Below, one piece after another: positions 32,800 through 46,397 of a stretch of 64,000 nt of DNA. How positions within the stretch are numbered: the stretch's first letter is position 1; each line of letters begins with the position of its first letter. The DNA is taken from the sequence record OM718002.1, one strand, 5' to 3'. The translations under genes and the position numbers were made by a program. The notes under the pieces were generated by a model. It had not been told where the DNA came from. It was given only the letters and a program-made list of their open reading frames with translations, and ran no database searches.

Positions 32800-33075
32800 C
32801 TATTGACCAATATACGTGCTGGTGTATAATTCAATGGTTGGTTTATGAATGGTCAGATTATATTTCTTAGCTAAATCATCAATATCCCTGGAACAATCAA
32901 TGAATTTGCCAGTCTCTCGATAGCGCATCACCCATGAACCCCGAAATGGTGCATCATCCAATGGATTAATACCATATTCACGACATATCACAATTGCTTC
33001 ATGTCGTGGAGTAGCACCAGTAGTGACAAAGTGATTTTCATAAACTGGGATCATCGATACATCTTTATTGCTCAT
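32800..33075 (-). CDS. Hypothetical protein, REYGINP family copy 1
   Basis: GAGG RBS; paralogous to 34069-34320. Confidence 0.7.
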   Translation of the reverse strand: MSNKDVSMIPVYENHFVTTGATPRHEAIVICREYGINPLDDAPFRGSWVMRYRETGKFIDCSRDIDDLAKKYNLTIHKPTIELYTSTYIGQ

Positions 33076-33116
33076 AATAACCTCTCTAAAATTACCTGAA
33101 GGGATATGTATGATAT

Positions 33117-33614
33117 TTATTTTTGTTTTTGACTGATCATGGAGGCATTAGTGAAGTAATATAACGCGTGTTTCCAATCTTGAGGGTCATATGTGCACTT
33201 ATGTGCAATCACATAAGCACCATCAATTTTTTTGAACAAGCGTACCATGATCACCTCATCCATATCAATCCCGTTATGTACAGTTTGATAATTCAGTCTC
33301 ACCAACATGTCATCTACATTGGTTTTCAATTGGAGACCGTCTTTGAAGAAATCACGAATACCATCCATGATTTGTTCATTACGAGACAGTATGTTTTCAG
33401 AGATCTGTTCGAATATACCCCTTGCGCCGATTAAACGTAACTGGTCGTAATTGGGTTCACCCATACAGATGGCTTCATCATCATGGTTACACATCTTCTC
33501 CAGTAGAACAATAGGGTTATAATCCCAAGCAACCCCACCAGTTACAACAGAGGTCAAATAGCCATAGAGACTGAGTTCACTGTCACGCTCATTTGCAGGA
33601 ATCATGCGGTTCAT
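33117..33614 (-). CDS. Hypothetical protein, about 165 aa
   Basis: Start moved to MNRMIP (GAGGA RBS). Confidence 0.65.
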   Translation of the reverse strand: MNRMIPANERDSELSLYGYLTSVVTGGVAWDYNPIVLLEKMCNHDDEAICMGEPNYDQLRLIGARGIFEQISENILSRNEQIMDGIRDFFKDGLQLKTNVDDMLVRLNYQTVHNGIDMDEVIMVRLFKKIDGAYVIAHKCTYDPQDWKHALYYFTNASMISQKQK

Positions 33615-33649
33615 AATTAACGATCCTCGTATTGGTGTTGCAGCATAGC

Positions 33650-34033
33650 TCAGCAAGTCTCTTGAGCTTTCTCAAAACTAGCCATCGAGCGGGTGCGCGC
33701 ACGCTGTAGAATAGACAAGCCGTATTTTTTGAACTTCTTCTTGTGGATGAAACCAAGGCGTTCGTAGATGAAGTCTTTACGGTCGGCGCGAGGTTTACCA
33801 TCAGCTACGATACCACGGTCGAAAAGAGCCCAGAACAGAGCGCTTTCATCATGCAGGTAGTTGGCCATTTCCTGAGGCCACTGAACTGCGCATAGAGCAA
33901 CGATTTGTTCAAGTAAACCACTATCTGAGATGGCATAGTACTCACGACCCTGAACATAGTTCATTTTGTCGAAGTTGCACATAGCCAGTTTGCCAGTACC
34001 CTGGTTGATTTTCTTTTGAATGTGTTCGTTCAT
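33650..34033 (-). CDS. Hypothetical protein, 127 aa, elevated GC
   Basis: AGGT RBS; about 47% GC by hand count. Confidence 0.7.
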   Translation of the reverse strand: MNEHIQKKINQGTGKLAMCNFDKMNYVQGREYYAISDSGLLEQIVALCAVQWPQEMANYLHDESALFWALFDRGIVADGKPRADRKDFIYERLGFIHKKKFKKYGLSILQRARTRSMASFEKAQETC

Positions 34034-34068
34034 GGTTTGACCTATTTTCAGATTTGGATTAATTATAG

Positions 34069-34320
34069 CTAGACGAAGGTATTGCGTTCGAATTGGATGG
34101 AATTACGTTCAACAATATCGTTGAGGTATTTATCATTGTCGATAAATTCCCCAGTGAGCATGTTACGCAGAACCCAGTTCCCCCGAAGTGGTATACCGCT
34201 GTTAGGGTTGATCCCGTATTCACGCATCAAAATCCGACGATTGTGGTCAACACCTGGCTCCATGTAAGATTCACTGATAAAACATTCCACCATGTTGATA
34301 ACTTCTTTAGATTCGCTCAT
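34069..34320 (-). CDS. Hypothetical protein, REYGINP family copy 2
   Basis: AAGGA RBS; REYGINP..P.RG.WV.R...TG.FID. Confidence 0.7.
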   Translation of the reverse strand: MSESKEVINMVECFISESYMEPGVDHNRRILMREYGINPNSGIPLRGNWVLRNMLTGEFIDNDKYLNDIVERNSIQFERNTFV

Positions 34321-34391
34321 TGACTTATTCCTTCTTTTGCAGGTATTATGTAATACGATAATGGATTATGGCTTTAACCATCAGATCCTTT

Positions 34392-34814
34392 TCACGCAGT
34401 TGGTTTGAATGGATTTGCACTACGACTACGTTTTTGATATGAAATTAGTGCATCCCATACATTATCGGCTGATACATATTCAGGCATAGCTTTTTCATCA
34501 TTGTAACTGACACGGTATGCCTTAGCCACACCTGTGCTATCTACAATGTGTACTTTTTCAATGACAAATGCTTTTCCAGAAGGCCCAGGGATATGTAATC
34601 CTCTTTTAAAAAGTTCTTCAAGAATGCGTTCTAATGCAATTTTAGCATTAGGGTAATCATTATCAAGTGACTTAATACCACCTTTAATTTTATTACCTAG
34701 GTCACTTAGTGCCTTTTTAAAAACACTAACATCATGATCAAAACATTCGAGAGTGTGATCGAAGTTTTGCATGAGCGCTATTAGTAGACCATTAGGAAAT
34801 ACTACTTTTGACAT
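34392..34814 (-). CDS. Hypothetical protein, 140 aa
   Basis: AGGTG RBS; operon context. Confidence 0.7.
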   Translation of the reverse strand: MSKVVFPNGLLIALMQNFDHTLECFDHDVSVFKKALSDLGNKIKGGIKSLDNDYPNAKIALERILEELFKRGLHIPGPSGKAFVIEKVHIVDSTGVAKAYRVSYNDEKAMPEYVSADNVWDALISYQKRSRSANPFKPTA

Positions 34815-34824
34815 ATATCACCTA

Positions 34825-35181
34825 TTAGTAAACAGTTGGGAATGTTTGTAGGAACCAATCATTAATACGTGTATTAACACTAGTTCCATGTTCAGGTGCT
34901 ACTTTAAAACCAGCAACGATATCCTGTAACTCTTCAGTGAGTTTGTTGTGCACTTTACCTTCACAATCGATAAAGTCTTCTGCGGTTGGCATAACCTCAG
35001 CGCGAATGACAGAGGCGCGCTTAGAAAGCATTGTAAGAATTTCATTAGACACTGAAGCAGCATTACGCAACTTATTGATTTTCACATCAATAACAGTTTT
35101 GTGATAGATTTTACCAACTGCGCACATGGCAACTGAACCAACAAAAATACCAAGATAGAGTGATACTTTATCAATATTCAT
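34825..35181 (-). CDS. Small protein with N-terminal membrane anchor
   Basis: MNIDKVSLYLGIFVGSVAMCAVGKIYHK. Confidence 0.7.
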   Translation of the reverse strand: MNIDKVSLYLGIFVGSVAMCAVGKIYHKTVIDVKINKLRNAASVSNEILTMLSKRASVIRAEVMPTAEDFIDCEGKVHNKLTEELQDIVAGFKVAPEHGTSVNTRINDWFLQTFPTVY

Positions 35182-35242
35182 TTTGTATACCTATTTACGT
35201 TTATTGAAGTGATTAAAAAATATTACGATGTAGAAAATAAAA

Positions 35243-35260
35243 GGGAGTCCGAAGACTCCC
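35243..35260 (-). terminator. Intrinsic terminator, cUUCGg loop
   Basis: GGGAGTC-CGAA-GACTCCC with T-tract on the - strand. Confidence 0.78.
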
Positions 35261-35268
35261 ATTATCAG

Positions 35269-35709
35269 TTACACATCTGACACATCATCGAACAGATCAA
35301 GTTGTTTCCGATTACGTCGTTCTTCTTCTTCGATACGACGATTCTCTTCTTCAATCTCTTTCTGCCTTTTGACAAGCCGCCTGTGCAGACTCATTTGCCA
35401 TGCAGTATCATAACGGCATCGCACTGACTCAATATATTTAAGCCCTACTTCATTAATGCTCTCAAGAAGATCCAGTGACACAAGTGTCTCCTTGGAAGCA
35501 TTAATACTAGCTTTAAGATAATGAATCATTGCAGTTGCAGGGTGGAATGGTAGCTTATCTACATCGATCGTTTTCTGATAGGCTTTCAATCTATGTATAA
35601 TAATTCGTCCATAATAGAATTCATAAAGTTTTTCTCTAGAATCCCAAGCAAGCTTACCGAGTACGGCTCCACTTACCATCCCTAATGTAAGAGATAGCTT
35701 AGAGTTCAT
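35269..35709 (-). CDS. Protein with N-terminal membrane anchor and C-terminal charged coiled coil
   Basis: Start moved to MNSKLSLTLGMVSGAVLGKLAW (AAGGA RBS); C-terminal KRQKEIEEENRRIEEEERR. Confidence 0.65.
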   Translation of the reverse strand: MNSKLSLTLGMVSGAVLGKLAWDSREKLYEFYYGRIIIHRLKAYQKTIDVDKLPFHPATAMIHYLKASINASKETLVSLDLLESINEVGLKYIESVRCRYDTAWQMSLHRRLVKRQKEIEEENRRIEEEERRNRKQLDLFDDVSDV

Positions 35710-36016
35710 TGTTAATTGCATCCTTAATCCAGTTACGGATTTTTGATTTAATTCGATGTTTATCACTGATGGTGTTAAACATATTCAATCCATCATTAAT
35801 GACATCCATAAGCTCTGCTTCAATTAAGTCCGCCATTACTTCCACGGTGCAATTATCTGAATTAGTTTTGATATGCTCAGAATAGCCCTTTACTTTTTCA
35901 CGGATACTCTTTTCTAATTTAATCTCATTATAAACAGTCACACCAACTTCGAACACGTAGATGGTGCCGGCCAGCATGAGACCAGTTTTTACAACATTGC
36001 CGATAATGGAAAGCAT
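35699..36016 (-). CDS. Small protein with N-terminal hydrophobic anchor
   Basis: AGGA RBS; GLMLAGTIYVFEVGVTVY. Confidence 0.7.
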   Translation of the reverse strand: MLSIIGNVVKTGLMLAGTIYVFEVGVTVYNEIKLEKSIREKVKGYSEHIKTNSDNCTVEVMADLIEAELMDVINDGLNMFNTISDKHRIKSKIRNWIKDAINNEL

Positions 36017-36061
36017 GATAATATCCTATTAGTTAATGAATGTAGATTTATTTCGATTATA

Positions 36062-36223
36062 TTAAAACTTGATATTTAGAACACGTTTAGCTATTACAAT
36101 ACCAACATATACTCCTAATGCTATCTCCGCATATTTGGTGATGACATTTACGATCTTCTTAGGTTTAGGTGCCTCAGGTACATCCGCGATAAGTTTTTGA
36201 AGTTTAACTTTATCAATATTCAT
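36062..36223 (-). CDS. Small membrane protein, 53 aa (below ORF-track cutoff)
   Basis: AAGGA RBS; MNIDKVKLQKLIADVPEAPKPKKIVNVITKYAEIALGVYVGIVIAKRVLNIKF*; translated by hand. Confidence 0.65.
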   Translation of the reverse strand: MNIDKVKLQKLIADVPEAPKPKKIVNVITKYAEIALGVYVGIVIAKRVLNIKF

Positions 36224-36264
36224 TTGTATTTTCCTTTTTACATTAATTTAAGATTTAACAAACT

Positions 36265-36304
36265 CATTCAAATATAATTTTATTATTGTAATTATATTTG
36301 AATG
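36265..36304. repeat. Perfect 15-bp inverted repeat with 10-nt spacer
   Basis: CATTCAAATATAATT (36265-36279) and AATTATATTTGAATG (36290-36304). Confidence 0.85.
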
Positions 36305-36321
36305 GGGCCTCAATGAGGCCC
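36305..36321 (-). terminator. Terminator-like hairpin
   Basis: GGGCCTC-AAT-GAGGCCC after the 36331 stop. Confidence 0.6.
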
Positions 36322-36330
36322 TATCCATTT

Positions 36331-36669
36331 TCACATCTTACGAACTGTATCGAATACTTGATTCGTATAATCATCACCATAAATGGTCGACAGCTTATCA
36401 CGAATTACATCCAGTCGATGTTTTTCAATATTGCTCTCAGCAACGGCACTGTCCGTTGTCTCAGTCATTGCAGTATTGACGAACATCATGAACTCATCTG
36501 ATTCGCCATACTCTTTTGAAATACTTTTAAACTGATCCCTGAAACCCATGAGTTTGTCAAAGTTGGCTTTAGTTTCCTTAGCCTTCTTATAGATAACATA
36601 CCCAGTTCCAGCCAGTGATGCAGTGGCCAGAAGAAAAGATACACCTTTTGCAATCGTATTGAATTTCAT
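36331..36669 (-). CDS. Small protein with N-terminal membrane anchor
   Basis: AGGA RBS; GVSFLLATASLAGTGYVIYKKAK. Confidence 0.72.
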   Translation of the reverse strand: MKFNTIAKGVSFLLATASLAGTGYVIYKKAKETKANFDKLMGFRDQFKSISKEYGESDEFMMFVNTAMTETTDSAVAESNIEKHRLDVIRDKLSTIYGDDYTNQVFDTVRKM

Positions 36670-36703
36670 AATAAATATTCCTATTTACTAATATTAAAAC
36701 TAT

Positions 36704-37150
36704 TTAATAGTTTCTGAAATGTTCACAAGTCGTTACTTCTTTCAGTCGTTTGATGATGTAATCTCGACTTTTATTGAATTGAAGTTTCTTTGCGTCATCC
36801 AGTTCATCCCATTGTGTAATTCTGGCCAGTTCAGGAACATTGTCATATTTTGCTTTGTTAAGTTTTTTAATCATGTCCCATACATAGCAACCTTCGATAA
36901 ACCACAAAAGACTCGTGTATGTATCCTTGTCAATTAAATTTACTCCATAAAGACTAAGGTCAACCTTGGCTTCTTCTGCCATTTTAATGGTTTTCTTATA
37001 ATTATCAAATACATTGTGGAGGTTATGCTCTTCGCCACTGCTATCACAGTTTTCAATAGCTTTCATCAACTCCGGAAATGTATCACTATAGAACTTGATC
37101 AATTTACGAGTAATCGCCTCTTGCACTTTCTGCTTTTTAGTCTTTGCCAT
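36704..37150 (-). CDS. Hypothetical early protein, 148 aa
   Basis: AGGTGG RBS; first gene after an early promoter. Confidence 0.72.
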   Translation of the reverse strand: MAKTKKQKVQEAITRKLIKFYSDTFPELMKAIENCDSSGEEHNLHNVFDNYKKTIKMAEEAKVDLSLYGVNLIDKDTYTSLLWFIEGCYVWDMIKKLNKAKYDNVPELARITQWDELDDAKKLQFNKSRDYIIKRLKEVTTCEHFRNY

Positions 37151-37208
37151 TTTATTTCCACCTATTTACATTAAGTTGTATGATAATGTTTACAGTATTG
37201 TCACAAAT

Positions 37209-37216
37209 GTAATATA
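37209..37216 (-). promoter_or_regulatory. Early promoter core TATATTAC
   Basis: TTTTAAACAG-TATATTAC on the - strand, in an intergenic gap after a terminator. Confidence 0.72.
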
Positions 37217-37248
37217 CTGTTTAAAATGGTTTGAATATACGACATAAA

Positions 37249-37268
37249 GCCTTCCCCTGAGGGAAGGC
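37249..37268 (-). terminator. Intrinsic terminator
   Basis: GCCTTCCC-CTGA-GGGAAGGC; TTTATG follows on the - strand. Confidence 0.78.
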
Positions 37269-37273
37269 CAATG

Positions 37274-37762
37274 TTAAACCGATGAATCTATCCACGGTGG
37301 ATAAACAACCACAATCTGGTTAGGCATGTGATTAGACCAATCTTCAATGATAGTTCTAACATCAGAGAAATCTAATCCACCATTAGCACACCCTAGAGGT
37401 GGTATGATAATTTTCCAATCTGGATGAATACAGTCTTCTTCATTTTCCGCAGAATCCGATACGTTCTCCATCATCCACTCTAGACCACGTTCAATGAAAC
37501 TAATTTGAGATGGGTTCCGCCAGTTATCCTTAGTAGGAAACATCATGAAACGTTTACCATCGGATGCTTTGTAAATAACCGGATTACCAATAGTAATAAT
37601 TCTCTTTTTGCAATCGTGTTTGTATCTTTCAAAAAGTTCAGGATACTTTTCTTTAAACGATTTGGCTAAACCAGCGCCCATGACGCCAACAACATTAACA
37701 GTGATTAGATAAAGATCACCAGGTACATTGAATATATCTTTACCTATAATAAATTCAGCCAT
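37274..37762 (-). CDS. Macrodomain ADP-ribose hydrolase, DarG-like (gp104-like)
   Basis: NVVGVMGAGLAKSFKEKYP, FPTKDNWRNPS and IPPLGCANGGLDF motifs. Confidence 0.85.
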   Translation of the reverse strand: MAEFIIGKDIFNVPGDLYLITVNVVGVMGAGLAKSFKEKYPELFERYKHDCKKRIITIGNPVIYKASDGKRFMMFPTKDNWRNPSQISFIERGLEWMMENVSDSAENEEDCIHPDWKIIIPPLGCANGGLDFSDVRTIIEDWSNHMPNQIVVVYPPWIDSSV

Positions 37763-37842
37763 GATAATGGCTCCTTCTACAAGAGTACTAATGAGAAGAT
37801 CAAAACATAGACCTTCTCATTAGATTGGGTGCATTTCCAGGC

Positions 37843-38235
37843 TTATTGGATTTCTGGATTAGCGTTGTAGAAGCCAATATAAGCCTTATTAAATTTCAAG
37901 TAATAATTATACTCTGAAGGCTCACCAGTTATTTCCCTAAATACCTTAGCAGTTATAACTTCGAACTTAGAACGCCGTAGCATTGGGAATAATTTCTTAC
38001 TGCGCGATAGCTCACACAATCTAATCGAGATAGCTTGATCTTTAAATAAACCTGATTTAGTAAAGAAAGCACCTTCATGAAGCCATTGAATTACTTCATT
38101 GAAGTCTGCGCGCCATTTCTTATGCTCATTTAAAGTTTTACCATTTATAAGATACCATAAAGCTCTAACTTTAGATCCAATAGTAAAAATACCTATTACC
38201 ATTACTGCTAGACATATAGCAATTATAAATGACAT
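37843..38235 (-). CDS. Membrane-anchored hypothetical protein (gp103-like)
   Basis: Start moved to MSFIIAICLAVMVIGIFTIG (AGGAGG RBS). Confidence 0.65.
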   Translation of the reverse strand: MSFIIAICLAVMVIGIFTIGSKVRALWYLINGKTLNEHKKWRADFNEVIQWLHEGAFFTKSGLFKDQAISIRLCELSRSKKLFPMLRRSKFEVITAKVFREITGEPSEYNYYLKFNKAYIGFYNANPEIQ

Positions 38236-38396
38236 ATGTCCTCCTAAATACCATTGAAGATTAAAGTTCCTATTAGTGAGAGAATGAATAACACGACCAC
38301 ATGATGAAGTTTTATCCATGTTTCAGGTACTACCGGTTGTTTAGGTTTATTTAAAGGGATGTTTTCCATGTATATACTCCACATTAGTGCATATGT

Positions 38397-38404
38397 GTAA
38401 TATA
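38397..38404 (-). promoter_or_regulatory. Early promoter core TATATTAC
   Basis: CTTAAACAG-TATATTAC on the - strand; same TTAAACAG flank as the 37209 copy. Confidence 0.68.
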
Positions 38405-38408
38405 CTGT

Positions 38409-38831
38409 TTAAGATCTTTCAAATACACCTTTCCAATTAGTAGGTCTTGGATAGGACCTAGGTAGTGATTCAGAATGTATAATGAATCCCTCGATATCCC
38501 CTTCTTTTGTTTTAACAGCAACTATATCTTTGATAATACCTTTTATTTGTAATAAGCTATTCATAATCTCACGATAGAGTTGATCAAATCTATTTGCAAT
38601 GATATTAGGATTTATTGGATAACCACAAATTGATTTATAGAAACTACACATTACATCATTGTATCTATCTGGAACACATGTCCAAAAGAAATTATGTCGT
38701 TCTTTAATATAAAGAATGATCAAGTAGTTAAGATCATCTTCATCTTTTGCGGTATAATTAAAGTATTGTTTTAATTCAGAAAAGAATTGTTGTGACCACC
38801 TCACATCAACTCGTATAAATAGTTGTTCCAT
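38409..38831 (-). CDS. Hypothetical protein (gp102-like)
   Basis: Start moved to MEQLF (AGGTG RBS), downstream of a terminator hairpin. Confidence 0.62.
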   Translation of the reverse strand: MEQLFIRVDVRWSQQFFSELKQYFNYTAKDEDDLNYLIILYIKERHNFFWTCVPDRYNDVMCSFYKSICGYPINPNIIANRFDQLYREIMNSLLQIKGIIKDIVAVKTKEGDIEGFIIHSESLPRSYPRPTNWKGVFERS

Positions 38832-38847
38832 AATACACCTAAATAAA

Positions 38848-40821
<1,974 letters not shown>

Positions 40822-40825
40822 GGTA

Positions 40826-43881
<3,056 letters not shown>

Positions 43882-43916
43882 TTAAGATCATAAGATCATG
43901 GTCTAACAGCATAAAA

Positions 43917-43935
43917 GGGAGCCATGAAGGCTCCC
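43917..43935 (-). terminator. Intrinsic terminator
   Basis: CATAAAA-GGGAGCC-ATGAA-GGCTCCC-CG-TTATG. Confidence 0.75.
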
Positions 43936-43946
43936 CGTTATGTTTG

Positions 43947-46397
43947 TTACTTAATGGCACGATTCACAGCAGTGTTAATTGCATTGGTAAGAGCTACAAT
44001 GTAATCAACTAGAACGGTGTGGTTTTCAGCCGATTGGCCAACAACTTCCCATACTGCACTAGCTAGTTGCCGGACTTTCTTTTTACCGGCTTTACTATCC
44101 ATGCTAGCCACTTTAGAGATATCACGGTTAGCTTGGTCAAGACGACGTACACCGCGGTTACCGCTAACTTTTAGAGAGGCATTACCAAGACCAATTAGAA
44201 CTTTAGAAAGTTTCATTAGTTCAGTAACGTCCTTACGGCTAACTTTAGCAGTAGTAGTACCGGTAGCACCCCATTCACCAGTTGGAAGTGCAATAGCAGC
44301 TAATCGTTCAATATCTTTACTAGTGCGACCAGTTACATCACGGCCAGACTTCTCGAAGGTAAAACTACCTTCTAGTTTTCCACTGATAAATGAACTCTCA
44401 GGATATTTCTTAACAGGTACTTCTAATTTAGTTGCTTCTTCTAGAGCCTTATCAATAGCTTCTTCACTATCAGCTTCAATAGCAGTTGATAGGTGACCAA
44501 CTAAACGTTCGATGTATTCACCATCGATTTTGAAGCATTTGTTAATAATATCGCTAATACGACGAACTTCTCCAGCAACACCGCGTACTAGATTATCATC
44601 ACCTTTTAGAATACCATTAATTTTGATTTCTTTATTTTCAAAATTATCAGTATCTTTAAGCTTAACTAGAAGTTGGTCAGCTTTAGTATTAGCTGCGGCT
44701 AGTTCTTTTTGGTTAGCTTTAACATGGATGGATGCATTTGCACCTTCAGCAATGTTGTCGATAATATTTCGAACAAACTTACCAATAGTGCTATTAAATG
44801 ATTCTAGCGAAGTAACCATCGCCTTATAGTAATCTTCTAGATTACCATAACCATAATCTTCCATTGCTGGAACACCAGGTGAATAGACATCAAAGGCGTT
44901 ATGCAGGCGTTCTAAACAGCTATTAGCATGTACGATGAACTGAGGACTATATTGCTTATGTTCTAGGCCATAATGTAGAATCTCAAGCATGGATTCATTT
45001 GATGCCTGCTCTTCAAGTAATTGACCAATGGTTTTCTTACCATCTTCAATGTCATCTTCAAGCTTATCGGCTTCTTCAACTGCCTCATCAGCAGTCTCGT
45101 CAGCTTCTTCAACATCATCTTCAGTTACTTCTACGTCAACATCCGGGATGTCAATTTCACCTTCAGCTAACTTTTCTTCGATGTCATCTTCTGAAACGTC
45201 ATCATCTGTTTCTGCAACAATTGTTTCACTGTCGTCTTCAACAGCACCTTCTTCAATTGTTGGTTCGGAAATAGTAGATGCCGTTTCGGTTTCAGCAACT
45301 GTTTCTTCAGTTTCAGCTTCATTGATTAATACATCAGTAGAATCACTGTCATCATTAGTTAATTCTTCTTCAGCTTCATCCCGAACTTCTTCCAATTCGC
45401 TTAAGCCTTCTTCAGCTACTTCTGCTGTTTCGGCAGCTTCTTCTACAATTGGATCAGTTACAGCTACTTTTTCATCAACTGCTACGATTTCATCTGGTTC
45501 AGCTTCAGCAGGAACACTTTCAGATTCCGCCTCTACTACTTCAGCTACTTCACTATCAGTTGTATCCGGCGTATCTTCTACGGTTTCAACAACTTCTGTT
45601 TCAGCATCAGCTACAGCTGGTTCAGTAATTTCGACTTCTTCTGTTTCAGTGATCTCTGTCTCAGGTTCATCATTGGAACTTTCATCAGCAGTTGTTTGCT
45701 CAGCACCGGCTTCTTCAGGAGTTACATCGTCATCAATACCAGGGACTGCTTCACTTACAACTTCACCAGCATCTAACACTTCATCTGGTAGTGTATCCAT
45801 GGTTGATGAAACAGGTTCATCACCAGCTGGAAGTTCCTCAGATAGTGGTGCAGGCGGTGGAGTTTCGTCACCAAGTGGGGTTTCTTCAGTGGGGGTTAAT
45901 TCCACTGCTGTTTCACCAGGTGCTTCTGCAACAGGTACTAGTTCAGTATCATCAGCCGCATCTTGTGCAGCTTCAATAATTTCAGTGGTTGAATCTAAAA
46001 CCTCTTTACCGCCTTCAGAAATTGTACCGATTTCTTCAGCGATTTCAGCTTCAGCAACTTTAACTGCTTCTTCGCCTTCTTCGACACTAGTGGTAGCTAG
46101 CGGTTCAGGAATACTTTCCTCAACAACAGTTTCTTCTGGTACAACTTCTTCAACAATTACTGCTGACTTATCAGCAGCATGTGCTGTTTCTTCATGTTCT
46201 TCAGCAGAGATAATATCAGTATCTGTTTTAACAGTTTCATTCTCAATAGTTGCAGATGCATCATTATCTTTCTTTAAATCTTGAACTAGTTCATGATCAT
46301 CTTTAACAGATGTCTCGACTTTGGATACATCCTGTTCCACAGCCGTACCATCTTGGTTCTCAAGGCTGGCTACATATTTGTGAATATTTACCATCAT
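43947..46397 (-). CDS. gp97: Inner-body/ejection head protein with very long acidic propeptide
   Basis: 816 aa; D/E-rich N-terminal ~480 aa; SLE532|S site before a folded C-terminal domain. Confidence 0.78.
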   Translation of the reverse strand: MMVNIHKYVASLENQDGTAVEQDVSKVETSVKDDHELVQDLKKDNDASATIENETVKTDTDIISAEEHEETAHAADKSAVIVEEVVPEETVVEESIPEPLATTSVEEGEEAVKVAEAEIAEEIGTISEGGKEVLDSTTEIIEAAQDAADDTELVPVAEAPGETAVELTPTEETPLGDETPPPAPLSEELPAGDEPVSSTMDTLPDEVLDAGEVVSEAVPGIDDDVTPEEAGAEQTTADESSNDEPETEITETEEVEITEPAVADAETEVVETVEDTPDTTDSEVAEVVEAESESVPAEAEPDEIVAVDEKVAVTDPIVEEAAETAEVAEEGLSELEEVRDEAEEELTNDDSDSTDVLINEAETEETVAETETASTISEPTIEEGAVEDDSETIVAETDDDVSEDDIEEKLAEGEIDIPDVDVEVTEDDVEEADETADEAVEEADKLEDDIEDGKKTIGQLLEEQASNESMLEILHYGLEHKQYSPQFIVHANSCLERLHNAFDVYSPGVPAMEDYGYGNLEDYYKAMVTSLESFNSTIGKFVRNIIDNIAEGANASIHVKANQKELAAANTKADQLLVKLKDTDNFENKEIKINGILKGDDNLVRGVAGEVRRISDIINKCFKIDGEYIERLVGHLSTAIEADSEEAIDKALEEATKLEVPVKKYPESSFISGKLEGSFTFEKSGRDVTGRTSKDIERLAAIALPTGEWGATGTTTAKVSRKDVTELMKLSKVLIGLGNASLKVSGNRGVRRLDQANRDISKVASMDSKAGKKKVRQLASAVWEVVGQSAENHTVLVDYIVALTNAINTAVNRAIK

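Noticed and set aside
45028-46284. 418-aa Ser/Thr/Ala-rich ORF on the + strand
   Set aside because: Antisense shadow of the acidic gp97 codons (GAA/GCT read as TTC/AGC etc.); no RBS and no independent signal.
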